Shown here in pieces: positions 51,996 through 64,000 of a stretch of 64,000 bases of DNA. The stretch spans positions 8,308,001 to 8,372,000 of the forward strand of contig OX597833.1 of NCBI GenBank assembly GCA_951406725.2. Direction: 5' to 3'. Each line of letters starts with the position of its first letter. Position 1 is the first letter of the stretch. Under the pieces are notes generated by a model. The model was given only the letters and a program-made list of their open reading frames with translations. It searched no databases and was not told where the DNA came from. Made by a program: the position numbers and the translations under genes. Source of the stretch: Octopus vulgaris. Its lineage: Eukaryota.

Positions 51996-52833
51996 TTTTA
52001 ACTAAGCATTAAAAAGTAAATATGACTGGTGCTGCACCACATCGCTATGTTTGGCCAAGCGTAAAATCACTAAAAACACAGCAAGGATGAGATGAGATCA
52101 ATGAGATTTAGACATTTTTGGAGATCGAACAATATACTGGCTTGACCGGAGTGACCGTCACAGTCTCATCTTCAGAATGGAGTGATGTTTGTAATAGGTA
52201 GGGAGATACGATTGGTGTAGGATGAGGGTTTCTCAAACTTTGATTCCTCACATTTATAACAATGCTTTGTTCCCGTTCACCAACTCTCCATTAAACAAAT
52301 TAATTTAATATTAAATTGTAAAACATGATTAGTATTTTGTATAAGTTACACGAGAAAATTTATTATAAATGCATTCCTTTGTGAAGATACAGTTCTATGT
52401 TTCGTTGTCGACGCCAAATGGATTTGGATCTTTCCGGTCAGAGCCAGATTGTTCATCTATATACAAGTTATGAACGGGTCGTATGTATAAGATACACCTC
52501 TGGTGACCACCACACTCAACCAGCCATTCCATTAGGTGGGGTAACTGCTCTACATGATTCATCCGTAGATGTTCTTCTGTTATAAAGGGATTTACAAATG
52601 CAAACTAGTAAAATTACCTCCTATGAACCCCTAAGTTTTTACTCTGCTTTATGTAAATGTTATTACCCACCCACCCACCCACCTCCTAGAAGTACACTTG
52701 GACCACTTTGAGAAATCCGGATGTGGACATGACCGCCTGGATTGAACTCTGGCCGTGAGACTGATGCATCATGATCCACGTGTTATTTTCGTTTGTGACT
52801 CGTCTATTTTAGCAGTGTTTTATTTAACCAACG

Positions 52834-52872
52834 ATCCTGAAGATGAGCCTGTGAAGGTCCAGAAACGTCGAT
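52834..52872 (+). ncRNA. Minimal (Penelope-type) hammerhead ribozyme
   Basis: atc-CTGAAGA-tgagcct-gtga-aggtcca-GAAAC-GTC-gat. Stem I atc/gat, 7-position stem II with one mismatch, palindromic ACGT stem III, GTC triplet. Confidence 0.7.
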
Positions 52873-53055
52873 AACAGATTTAGATTGCTTACGTCTTAAA
52901 CAAACTGCAATGAGCTCGTACGAAAATAGGAAGAAAAACTGATTTAAAAAAAAGGCAATTAACACAGTCGTGTTTTCAATGCGGCGTGTCTACAAGAAAA
53001 GCTACGCTCCAAATGTACACACACACACATATAAGTGTGTGAACATATGTGTGTG

Positions 53056-53133
<78 letters not shown>

Positions 53134-53534
53134 TGTGTGTGTGTGTGTGTGTAAGTCACCAAAGCATGCACACATAAAGGCCCCACGAACTTAGCCAATA
53201 CATAAAAGAAAGAAAACATACTAAAGAACACAGATGTGTTTGCCTACAGCCCCTGCAAAGGTTCTATATATAAAGTACCACTACACAGATTCCATTTCCA
53301 CAAGAACATCAGCCTTAACGACGCACACATTTCCCACAAACACTTCAAGGTAACTCTTACCCACTTGCAACATAACCATCCCAGTGGAGATATTTTGACA
53401 CCAAGGGACATAACTCTTAACTTAATCCCCTACTAGTTTCATTTCATCATCTTTTTCACAGCAACTGCAAACCGGATGTATCTATTCACCTCCGACAATA
53501 GAGAGCAGTCACTATATTTCAGGCCATTTCGCCT

Positions 53535-53617
53535 GCCTCTGATGAGCGTACGGTTACATAATCAGATTGTTACCTTACACTCTGTTGATTCCCTAGCGCG
53601 AAACCGCTAGGTAAGGT
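53535..53617 (+). ncRNA. Type I hammerhead ribozyme with extended stem II
   Basis: gcct-CTGATGA(53539-45)-gcg...cgc-GAAA(53600-03)-cc-gcta-gg-TA-aggt. Stem I gcct/aggt, stem II closed by gcg/cgc, stem III Acc/ggT, GTA cleavage triplet 53611-53613. All core nucleotides canonical. Confidence 0.8.
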
Positions 53618-54189
53618 CGGTCGTAATATATATATATCTGTGTGAGTTAGAGGTTGAGGAACCAAATAAGGGTCAGTACCTATCCAATATATTGCTGGTG
53701 GTGTACCCAATTATTTATAGTCAAGTGCTAGTTATCGTATGGCAATCTCGCAATTGAGTTTTATATCTGGGCGGGGGTAAAAGAGTGATTTACCCATGAT
53801 TTATACGGCAAATAGGAAAACGGAGAGGATATAAAGTCGACAGACATCAACCAGTAAGCATTCAAGTATGTTTATTTCTTCAATTCTAATAGAAGAATGC
53901 ACACATATGAAGAAGCCTAGGGGTACATCCATTATCCAAGCCTTGTCTGTTCATCCCTGCATATCATTGAAGTGATGGAGATAACCGGGAAGATTTTGTT
54001 GCCTCTTGGCAGAAACGGCCGTAAAGGAACCACTGCCTGCACACCCATTTATATTTTTGTTCATTTGTTTCTATATACTTATGTGTATTCACACCTTTGT
54101 CTCTGCAGTTACCAGGTTTTCCACTCGCTAATCTGTATAACTCATACATGTGAGTGCAATCATCCTTTACAATTGAATAAATAGACACA

Positions 54190-54440
54190 CTTCAATGTTT
54201 ACTGGCTGATATCTGTCGCTTTGTTTTCGTTTTAGGTAGAGGCGGCTTACGTTACCGTTGATGTGGAAATCGTATGCTTGTTAGTATCTTCTGGATTTTC
54301 ACATCAATGGCTAAGACCTCATCAAGCGTCCAATCAAGCAACCCAAATGTTGGTATGAGTACTGGCACTGCAAACATATTGTAGGCCATAGTTTTATTAA
54401 ATGTAGAAAGTTTCGAGGTCCATATTTTCTTTATTCGTCT
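54190..54440 (-). mobile_element. R4/Dong-like LINE fragment (post-RT region)
   Basis: Minus strand RRIKKIWTS/LSTFNKTMAYNMFAVPVLIPTFGLLDWTLDEVLAIDVKIQKILT, matching the conserved region after the RT in this clade. Confidence 0.7.
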
Positions 54441-54479
54441 GTGTCATTCTTTAGTGACACGTGTATATATGTATGCATG

Positions 54480-54513
<34 letters not shown>

Positions 54514-54604
54514 TGTATGTATGTATGTACGTATGTATGCATGCATGCATGCATGCATGTATGTATATTTGTATGTATTTGTGTTTGTAAATATATGTTC
54601 ATAT

Positions 54605-54644
<40 letters not shown>

Positions 54645-54676
54645 TTTATATAAGTATATATTTTTGCTAGCAAAAA

Positions 54677-54714
54677 CTGTCCGATGAACGGCAACGGGAA
54701 ACTCAGAGTAACAG
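54677..54714 (+). ncRNA. Minimal hammerhead ribozyme variant (CCGATGA core)
   Basis: ctgt-CCGATGA-acg-gcaa-cgg-GAAA-ctcagag-TA-acag. Stem I ctgt/acag perfect, GNRA-capped stem II, quasi-palindromic stem III. U4C and one stem II mismatch. Confidence 0.6.
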
Positions 54715-54816
54715 GTTTTGTTGAATTTTCTGCTGCTTTAAATAAAGCATATTACTCTACCACTGGTATTTGAGTACTCTTTTTTCCACCTTGTTTCACA
54801 TTTATGTGTTTACTCA

Positions 54817-54876
<60 letters not shown>

Positions 54877-54886
54877 TGTATATATA

Positions 54887-55016
<130 letters not shown>

Positions 55017-55499
55017 TGTATATACATAAATGTGTGTGTGTCTGTCTGTCTGTATTCATACATAACACTTTTCTACGAGAGTTATAATTAAGCAGAAGCA
55101 GTTATTCGGTAATTATCTCCAAATGGCCTGAAGAGATGGAGACCACGAAACAATAATGGAATATTGGCCTGGAGGGATTTAAGAGAATTTATTGTTGCTA
55201 ACCTGACAGAACTGAACCCCCAAAACACAATCTCCAACAAAAGGAGAATGGCTCTTTTTTGCAACTTCCTAATCACCTGCTAGACTGGCCATATAATTAG
55301 TCTTGTTGATAATAGAGCCAGATGCGAGCAGGGCCGGTATTTGGCCGAATCGGCAGCGGGGCTGATGAAACACATTCCAGTATTTAGTTATCTCCCTTCG
55401 CACTCTGAGTTCAAACTCCGCCGGGTTTCATGTTTCTTTTTTTTTTTCTCTCTCCCCCTCCTCTCTCCTTCTTTCTTTCTTCCCATCTATCTATCTGTC

Positions 55500-55945
55500 T
55501 TTCCCCGTGAATCTATAAAAATTCACTTTTCGTCACTGCTTAGTTCCAAGTCTTTTCCAGGAGGACAGACCTCTAATCATGTGCACCCCAATAGTGACCA
55601 TCACAACTTTTTTCATGAATCTTTTACCTCTCCCTACATTATCCAAAGTGTACCTTAAAAAGGTTGTCTGATTTGAGGCAGATTTGATTGTTATCTCGAG
55701 CTGTTCGTCCTTCATGTAGAAGTTCCCACACTGAACTCAAAAACAGTATCAGTCACCTGCTGGAGGTGATCTAACCGATTAGAATACCTCCTTTCCATCC
55801 ATGCCTCGCTCGCCGAAACAAGGAATCGCCCGTACAATATTCTATTCGTGAGTGACACTTGCAACAATTTAATTTGTGACGGTTGCTCAGGTTCCGCACA
55901 TGAATGTAGCTGTGTTCCACTCATGACCAACACTTACGACCAAGT
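55500..55945 (-). mobile_element. Highly degenerate mariner transposase 5' fragment
   Basis: MSGTQLHSCAEPEQPSQIKLL...LYG...FSVGT...RFMKKVV loosely follows the mariner HTH-to-VTGDE layout. Multiple stops. Confidence 0.35.
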
Positions 55946-55970
55946 CTTCGACCGCAGTTTAATGTTTAAA

Positions 55971-56092
<122 letters not shown>

Positions 56093-56483
56093 TGTGTGTG
56101 TGTGTGATTGAAATTGACAACTATAATTTACGATAAAAATTCGCAGTTTCATATTGATTCAAATACCAGGATCTGAAGAACAAAAGTGTCTCACTGCGGT
56201 TCATTTTAATTTAGCGCCTCTCCGCATCACTCACTCCCACTTTGTTCTTTAGTTTCCCCTCTACCTGCGTGAAGGGAGAATGAAATACATGGCGTTTTTT
56301 TAGGGCTTTTTTGGGGGGTTTTTTTGGTTTTTTATGTAAGATATCTCCGACTGATAATACCCAAAGTAATGAGATTGTGACGTCAAAATACACAGCAGAA
56401 TAAGCTATGACGTCACATAATATGGTTTTAATTAATACATCTATGGGTGTGTGGTCGAATGTGTATGCTCGCGCGTGTGTGTG

Positions 56484-56542
<59 letters not shown>

Positions 56543-56543
56543 A

Positions 56544-57358
56544 CAGGGCGTCTCAAAAGTCACTGATGGGTTTCAATTTCTAATAACTTCCTTAACTTTA
56601 CAAATAAATGCATAAAATTATGATACAATATAAAGGACAAAATGGAAATTAATATTCACGAGTCAAATTGTGCAACACCACAACATCACATATGAAAACT
56701 GACATCGCTTAAATGGCAACCATTTTCGGCTTCGCACGCCCGTGCTCCTTCCAAAACTTGCACCATAACACCCTCAAAAGTTTCAGACCCCACTTCTCTG
56801 ATTTCACTATTGATGTTCTCCTTCAGTTGTACCAGGGTCTCCGGTTTGTTGACGTAAACTCTCACTTTCAGGTAAACCCCACAAGAAAAAATCCGGGCTA
56901 GTCAAACCTGGAGAACGTGAAGGCCAATTGACATTGCCGTAGCGGGAGATTATTCTCTCTCCAAAGCACTGCCATAGCAACTGCATTGTCTCTCTTGTGG
57001 TGTGAGCAGTTGCTCCATCTTGCTGGAATCATGTGTGGGGTCTACTTTGAATGGCCTTCACTTTCCCCAGATTTGACTAGCCCGGATTTTTTTCTTGTAG
57101 GGATAATCGAAAGAGAGGGTTTACGTCAACAAACCGGAGACCCTGGTACAACTGAAGGAGAACATCAATAGAGAAATCAGAGCGGTGGGGTCTGAAACTT
57201 TTGAGGGTGTTATCATGCAAGTTCTGGAAAGAGCACGGGTGTGCGAAGACGAAAACGGTTGCCATTTAAACGATGTCACTTTTCATATGAAATGTAGAGG
57301 TGTCGCACCAAATTTAACTTGGACATATTAATTCCCATTATGTTCTTTATATTTCATG
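56544..57358. mobile_element. DD41D (rosa/Visitor) Tc1/mariner-derived foldback element
   Basis: TA|CAGGGCGTCTCAAAAGT left end. Minus strand FQQDGATAHTTRETMQLLWQCFGERIISRYGNVNWPSRSPGLTSPDFFL, with 41 residues between the two Asp. C-terminal ~300 bp repeated in inverted orientation at ~57052-57358. Confidence 0.85.
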
Positions 57359-57407
57359 CTGTATATATGTGTGTATATGTGTGTGTGTGTGTGTATGTGT
57401 GTGTATG

Positions 57408-57444
<37 letters not shown>

Positions 57445-57449
57445 ATGTG

Positions 57450-57480
<31 letters not shown>

Positions 57481-57549
57481 GTATGTATGTATGTGTGTGT
57501 GTGTGTGTGTATATATATACATATATATATATATATATGTATGTATGTA

Positions 57550-57606
<57 letters not shown>

Positions 57607-57647
57607 ATGTGTATATATATATATATACATATATATATATAAATGTA

Positions 57648-57702
<55 letters not shown>

Positions 57703-57884
57703 CAAGAATTTAGATTCAGATGGGTTAGGAACCAGAATTTAGTACGGTATTATCCATAGAATTTCAAAGTAAGGTGATTAAAATCAAAATAAGCAACAAG
57801 GATATCCAGAGGTAATACATATATACATACATACACACATACATACATACACACATACATACATACATACATACATACATACAT

Positions 57885-57921
<37 letters not shown>

Positions 57922-57958
57922 AACATACATACATACATACATACATACATACATACAT

Positions 57959-57991
<33 letters not shown>

Positions 57992-58043
57992 AACAAACAT
58001 ACATACATACATACATACATACATACATACATACATACATACA

Positions 58044-58076
<33 letters not shown>

Positions 58077-58641
58077 CCTTTTCTTTTAGTCCATTTTTCG
58101 GATCTTTTCCTTTTGATGGACGGAATTCAACACAATTTCTAGTTAACTAAACAATCTGAAACTTCGTATACTGGTAGAATGTGTCAAAAAAAGGAAAAGA
58201 TCCCATTTTGCCATTCTTACACTTCCAGACACTAATCCTTATTTGTTTTTTTCCAGTAAAGTATAACACATTTACACACGCATACACGCATGTATATGTA
58301 TGCACGTGCACAGGTGTGTATATATATAAATATGCGTGTGTATCTGTGTGTGTTTGTGTGCGAGAGAGAGAGAGAGAAAGCGCGCAGTAAGAAGCTTGCT
58401 TCGCAACATGTATGTGTATTAATAGATACAGCAATTCCAATTTTAAATCTAACACAGGAAATCAAGCCATGTTCCATATAGGAATAATTGGTACGTTTAG
58501 AAGAACGTACCTCCATCTAATTACTAATACGTTTAATGAATTCCCTGCACGGTGCCACCAAAGCCCGGATCGAGTTACTTCCATTTGTAGAGATGCATTT
58601 GGCATAAATGTTTATTTAGCGATACATTAACTAATTAACTT

Positions 58642-58680
<39 letters not shown>

Positions 58681-59243
58681 CTTGTTTTTTTCTTTTTCTT
58701 TCTCCCCCCCCCCCCGTCTGTTTTTCATTCGAACGACCATTATATTCAAATATTCGTATGCAGTTACATATATTTAAGCATTAATGTGTCTCTTTGTGTA
58801 AATACGTGTTTGTGAATTTATGTTTTCAGAACGAAATAGTCAACATTACCAAAAATTACCATGAAAACTATCGAAATTCTCAACGCGAAAATGTTATGTC
58901 CGAAATGTGATGTAAAACGTGAAGCGATAAAATTGAAAAACTGGTTGTAAAGAAGGAAAATATCCTGAATGCAATTCCTATATAAAGTACAAAAGGTGAA
59001 GGGAAAAATAAATATTTGCCTTGCGAAGAAGTTTCAATGAAAATGTTCACTTACTTTTAGCAAAATACACTCAAACGAAGGGAAAACTCTGAGAAGTTTT
59101 TGAAGAGCCAAAAAGTTGAATGAATCACTGAGAGAGCAGACGACATTGCGGAAGGAAGCATTGTTGCGTCATTTCAGTGGCTTTAGCGATTGGAGGAGGC
59201 GAAACGGATTCTTTTTTGTATACATACATACATACGTACATAC

Positions 59244-59277
<34 letters not shown>

Positions 59278-59472
59278 TTACACACACACATACATACATA
59301 CATATATACATATATATATATACACACACACATATATATATATATTTGTGTGTGTCTGTATATATATATATATATATGTGTGTGTTTTTTTTGCGCACGT
59401 ATGTATGTCTATGTTTGTATATATGTATATTTGTATGTATGAATGTATGTATATGTATGTATATGTATATAC

Positions 59473-59533
<61 letters not shown>

Positions 59534-60049
59534 CATACATGCGTAGATAGATAGATACAATCAAAATGATCAAGGAACAATAATGGTTAGACAGTGTCAC
59601 ACACCCACACACACAAACTCTCCAGTACTATTTCAACGGCCATTGACAACCACCACCACCAACAACAACAACAACAATCACAGTATCATTAACAATCTCC
59701 ACCACCCTCTCCTCCTCCTCCTCCTCTCTCAACAAAAAACACCATTGACAATTACAAACAGACCGCCACCATCGCCGCCGCCACCACCGCCACCGCCGCC
59801 ACCGCCACCACGTCAACCTTGCTTTTCATTGTTTTCCGTCTTTGTTTTGTTTTCCGTATATTTGGTTGTGTGTGTGTGTGTGTGTGTTGAAAAACTAGTA
59901 TGTTTGTGTATTCTTTTTCTGTGTGTATGTACGTGCGTTTGTTTTCTGTGTGTGTGTGTTACGTGTGTTTGTTGTGTGTGTGTGTGTCTTAATTGCCTCT
60001 GTATGTGTTTGTGCATGTGTATGTGTATGCATTCGTTTTCAGTGTGTGC

Positions 60050-60130
<81 letters not shown>

Positions 60131-60277
60131 TCTTCCTTCATTTGTCGATGATTTCCAAACAAGCGGAGTCAGTGAGAAATGGCCGAGTTAGAATTGTTTT
60201 CAAGCAGGGTCAGATGTGGTTTTGGCGGCATTGTCAACCAAATTAACACTGTTTAATAAGTGGTTTGAATAGAAAGA

Positions 60278-60354
<77 letters not shown>

Positions 60355-61744
60355 TACACACATACACGCAACCACTTTTAGTAAAACTTTGTAGTCCTTC
60401 GACTTTGCTAGAAACAGGAGTCATATATGCCTCAAATCACACCCGTTGTCTTTAATTTTTTTTTTAATGGACACTTAGATCATGCAATCCTTGATGTAGC
60501 TTCCATAAAAAGAAGGAATGGCCACAACTGGAATACTTCTAATTCTAAGTCTGCTCTTTCAAGTTTGAACAACTACAGCCCTGTACACACACACACATGC
60601 ACCACACGCATGGGAATAGACGAACGTAAAACCTTATTTATTTTGGGGGACAGAATAAGTATTGATCAACTGGACTGGTTTCATCAGTGACTGTGCAATC
60701 TTTCTTTTCTTTTTTCAACTGTTCACGAAGGTTCTACGTAAACTCGTAATTCACAAAGGGCTGGAGCTAACCCTGACCTAGAGAATACTACCTCTTCTAG
60801 GGATCACATCTCTTTATCTACATCCTCCCTGAAGCAACCCCCGCTAATTTGATGGCCTTCCTCCTTCAGGTCCCCGTGACGCCCAAGATGTAGATTGCCA
60901 AGAGAGAGAGGATGTCGAACTCTTGCACTCCACCTTCACTGTATAACACCTTCCTTGGCCACCGATTGTTTTAGCTTAGCTCTACCAGCTCAGCCTATTT
61001 CATTCTCCCGCTCTCATTTCTCCCCACAATGCCATCCCTCCGGCAAACGGTGTGTTCTAACGAAACCACTGGTTTGGATGCTTCCGAGATCAGACACCTT
61101 AGTGCCTGGTCTTTATTGATGTTGAAGCGACAGTTTCTGGAAACTTCAGCTATTAGCCGAGATCGAACATAAATCTCCCAATCTATACAAGTCGCTGACA
61201 ATTATATTTATTGATGCAGTAAATATAAACGATGAGGCTTTTAAAGTTATGTCTTTGCCATGAGTTTCTGGAAAAAGGTGGAGGTTAAGCCAGAGAAATG
61301 GAGAGCAATAGGTTGGTGCTTCGTGCGGGACACCTTTAGACGCATAAATATTTGCCACCGTTCGTTCAAACTGGATAAATCTCAACGTCAGGTGTTAATG
61401 GATTTAATCAGAAACGGTAACAAACTTCGTACGTTAAATTCCTGAATTCTTAATTTCAGAATGAAGTCTTAATTTTTCCTATCAATTAATTCGCTGTTTT
61501 TCTTTTGTCTCGTTTTGTCTTTATTTGTGTTTTTGTTGTTCTTTCCTCTTTGTGTGGTTTTTTTTTTTCTTATTGTTTTTCTCTTTCCCATTCACATGTC
61601 ATCTCTCCTTTTCCTCCCCCTCTTCTCTGAGACAGAATGAACTTGGCAGAAAAAACATTATACGCACACACCGACACACACACACACACTCACACTCACG
61701 GGCGCGCGTATTTATATATATATGTGTGTGCATATACGCATATA

Positions 61745-61852
<108 letters not shown>

Positions 61853-61853
61853 C

Positions 61854-61884
<31 letters not shown>

Positions 61885-62319
61885 CATACATATATACATA
61901 TATATATATACATTCACACACATACACACACACCTGTACACCCACCTACACACACTAATTCAAATTTGCAAGTTAATTAGCTCTCAGCTTGTCAGTTGGT
62001 TATTTATTGTGCTAATGTTGTTGTTGTTGTTGTTGTTGTCGCTGTTACTATTGCTGCTGCAGCTGTTGTTGTTTTTGTTATTGTTGTTGTATTTACTTGA
62101 TGGATCTCCGTCGGTTTCGACGGTGAGTACCCCCACCTGCTCAACCCACCGAGCCGCCTATTGGTTAAATTAACGTATAAGTGCCCGTGTACACCGCAGA
62201 CACGTATACCCCTAACGTACTCCTCCTCCAGCCCAACCAACGTGACGCAGTCTATGGCAAAGATGACCGATTAAATCACTGGTACAATTCATTTGGTTTC
62301 ACAGAGCAATGTGGTTGAG

Positions 62320-62718
62320 TATCTCACAGCCGCATGCACCTTTAACATGGACATAATCAGCGTGGCAAGCTTTGGTCTTGTGAATTACTGTAAAATCCAT
62401 CCGAAAGGCTTCCGTACAGTTTCTTCTACTGCAGCCTCAGACCAACCTGTATTTAGTGAGTGAATCTAGTTGTCGGAAACTGCGTAAAAAGCCGTAGTAT
62501 ATGTGTGTATGTGTATCGTTTTGTGCTTATTCTTGTTTTGCTTGACAGCCGGGGTTGGTTTATTTGTGTCCCCGTAGTCATGTGTTACGGCAAAAGAAAC
62601 CGATAGAGTAAGTACCAGACTTTAAAATAAGTACTGGAGGCGAATTATTTGATTAGACCTTTCCAGGCGGTGCCCCAGCATGGCCGCAGTGCAATGACTA
62701 AAGCAAAAGATAAAAGAT
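62320..62718 (+). mobile_element. Diverged SINE family A
   Basis: cggaaactg, gtccccgta, ggcaaaagaaaccgataga, ggtgccccagcatggccgcagt, (aaaagat)n tail. Confidence 0.7.
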
Positions 62719-62985
62719 GGCTTCAACGGCATTCAGACAAATTAACACGTGACTAATAGCGTGGAATTTGAACTGTCAAAAACTCTTGAGGATAAATAAA
62801 AGCTACAAAAATTGGGCAACCATACAAAAAAGAGAGAGAGAGAAGCCATTTCTATTTCGCTTCCTGTCGATGAGGCTGTGAAAGTCTGGAAACGATAAAA
62901 ATGGATCTAGAAGCATTATTGCACCCAACTAACTGCAAAAAAAAGCTAAGTAGAAAATATATATATATATATATATCAGAGAGTG

Positions 62986-63039
62986 GTGGTGCCCCAGCAT
63001 GGCCGCGGCCTTCGGGCTAATACATTTTTAAGGATTTAA

Positions 63040-63042
<3 letters not shown>
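62986..63042 (+). mobile_element. 5'-truncated retroposon 3' end with target-site duplication
   Basis: ggtgccccagcatggccgcggcc...(taaggatt)n, flanked on both sides by (at)n-cagagagtg. Confidence 0.7.
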
Positions 63043-63106
<64 letters not shown>

Positions 63107-63634
63107 AGTGAAAGACAATTCACCTGACCCCAATGTTGCAAAAAGAATGGATTCGTCTAAAGACATCTACTTAGACACCAAATTGTTGTGTTAAACCAAG
63201 CAAAGAGTTAAATATATATGTCTACGTATACAGGCAAGCGCATACATACACACACACATACATACATACATACATACATATATACAAACAAACACACACA
63301 CGCACATCTGTCTGATGCGTGAAATATCGTCTCGAGCGGACGCAACACGATCTTCTCTCTACCTTTGGTATCGAGTACACTTTCACCTTCTCATTTACAT
63401 GCACGTGTTTGCATATACGCACACATATCCACATGCATATGCACATAGACACATACACTTGTACACATGTACGTACATATACATAAATACATGTGTGTAT
63501 ACATACACACACACACACATATATATATATTATATGTGATATACATACATGCATACATACATATGTGTATGTGTGTATATATCTGTATGTGTATATCACC
63601 ATTTGCACACTTGCGCGTAAAGGAGAAACGGGTG

Positions 63635-63671
<37 letters not shown>

Positions 63672-63865
63672 GGATGGATGGATGGATGGATAGATAGATA
63701 GATAGGTAGGTAGGTAGGTAGGTAGATAGATAGATGGATAGATGGATGGATGGATGGATGGATAGATAGATAGATAGATGGATGGATGGATGGATGGATA
63801 GATAGATGGATGGATGGATGGATAGATAGATAGAGAGATAGAGAGATAGATAGATAGACAGACAC

Positions 63866-63918
<53 letters not shown>

Positions 63919-63951
63919 TAGAGAGATAGATAGATAGATAGATAGACAGAC

Positions 63952-64000
<49 letters not shown>

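Noticed and set aside
62860-62897. Hammerhead related to the 52834 motif
   Set aside because: Core mutated (ctgtcga, gaaacgat); relic only.

Overview
Eukaryotic, AT-rich, extremely microsatellite-dense DNA. The tRNA-derived SINE families and the repeat landscape point to a coleoid cephalopod (Octopus); this is inference. Almost all ORFs in the track are microsatellite artefacts. One real gene is supported: a minus-strand, two-coding-exon GH31 gene (CDS 26814-26347 joined in phase 0 to 13127-11094, 833 aa). It encodes a type II membrane MYORG/SITS-binding-protein-like protein that appears to lack both catalytic aspartates. Three further strong minus-strand splice donors (10863, 41213, 42420) suggest alternative first exons, uORFs or a host gene. 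The rest is repeat: three SINE families; L1/Tx1, RTE and R4/Dong LINE fragments; Penelope-like remnants; a non-autonomous Helitron next to the splice acceptor; a DD41D Tc1/mariner foldback element; long palindromes; and minisatellites. The main hidden signal is a set of hammerhead-ribozyme motifs (clearest at 53535-53617, 52834-52872, 54677-54714, 40772-40863 and 6866-6913), one of which carries a competing hairpin. A second signal is repeated insertion of TAA-tailed elements into the (ATT)n tails of one SINE family.
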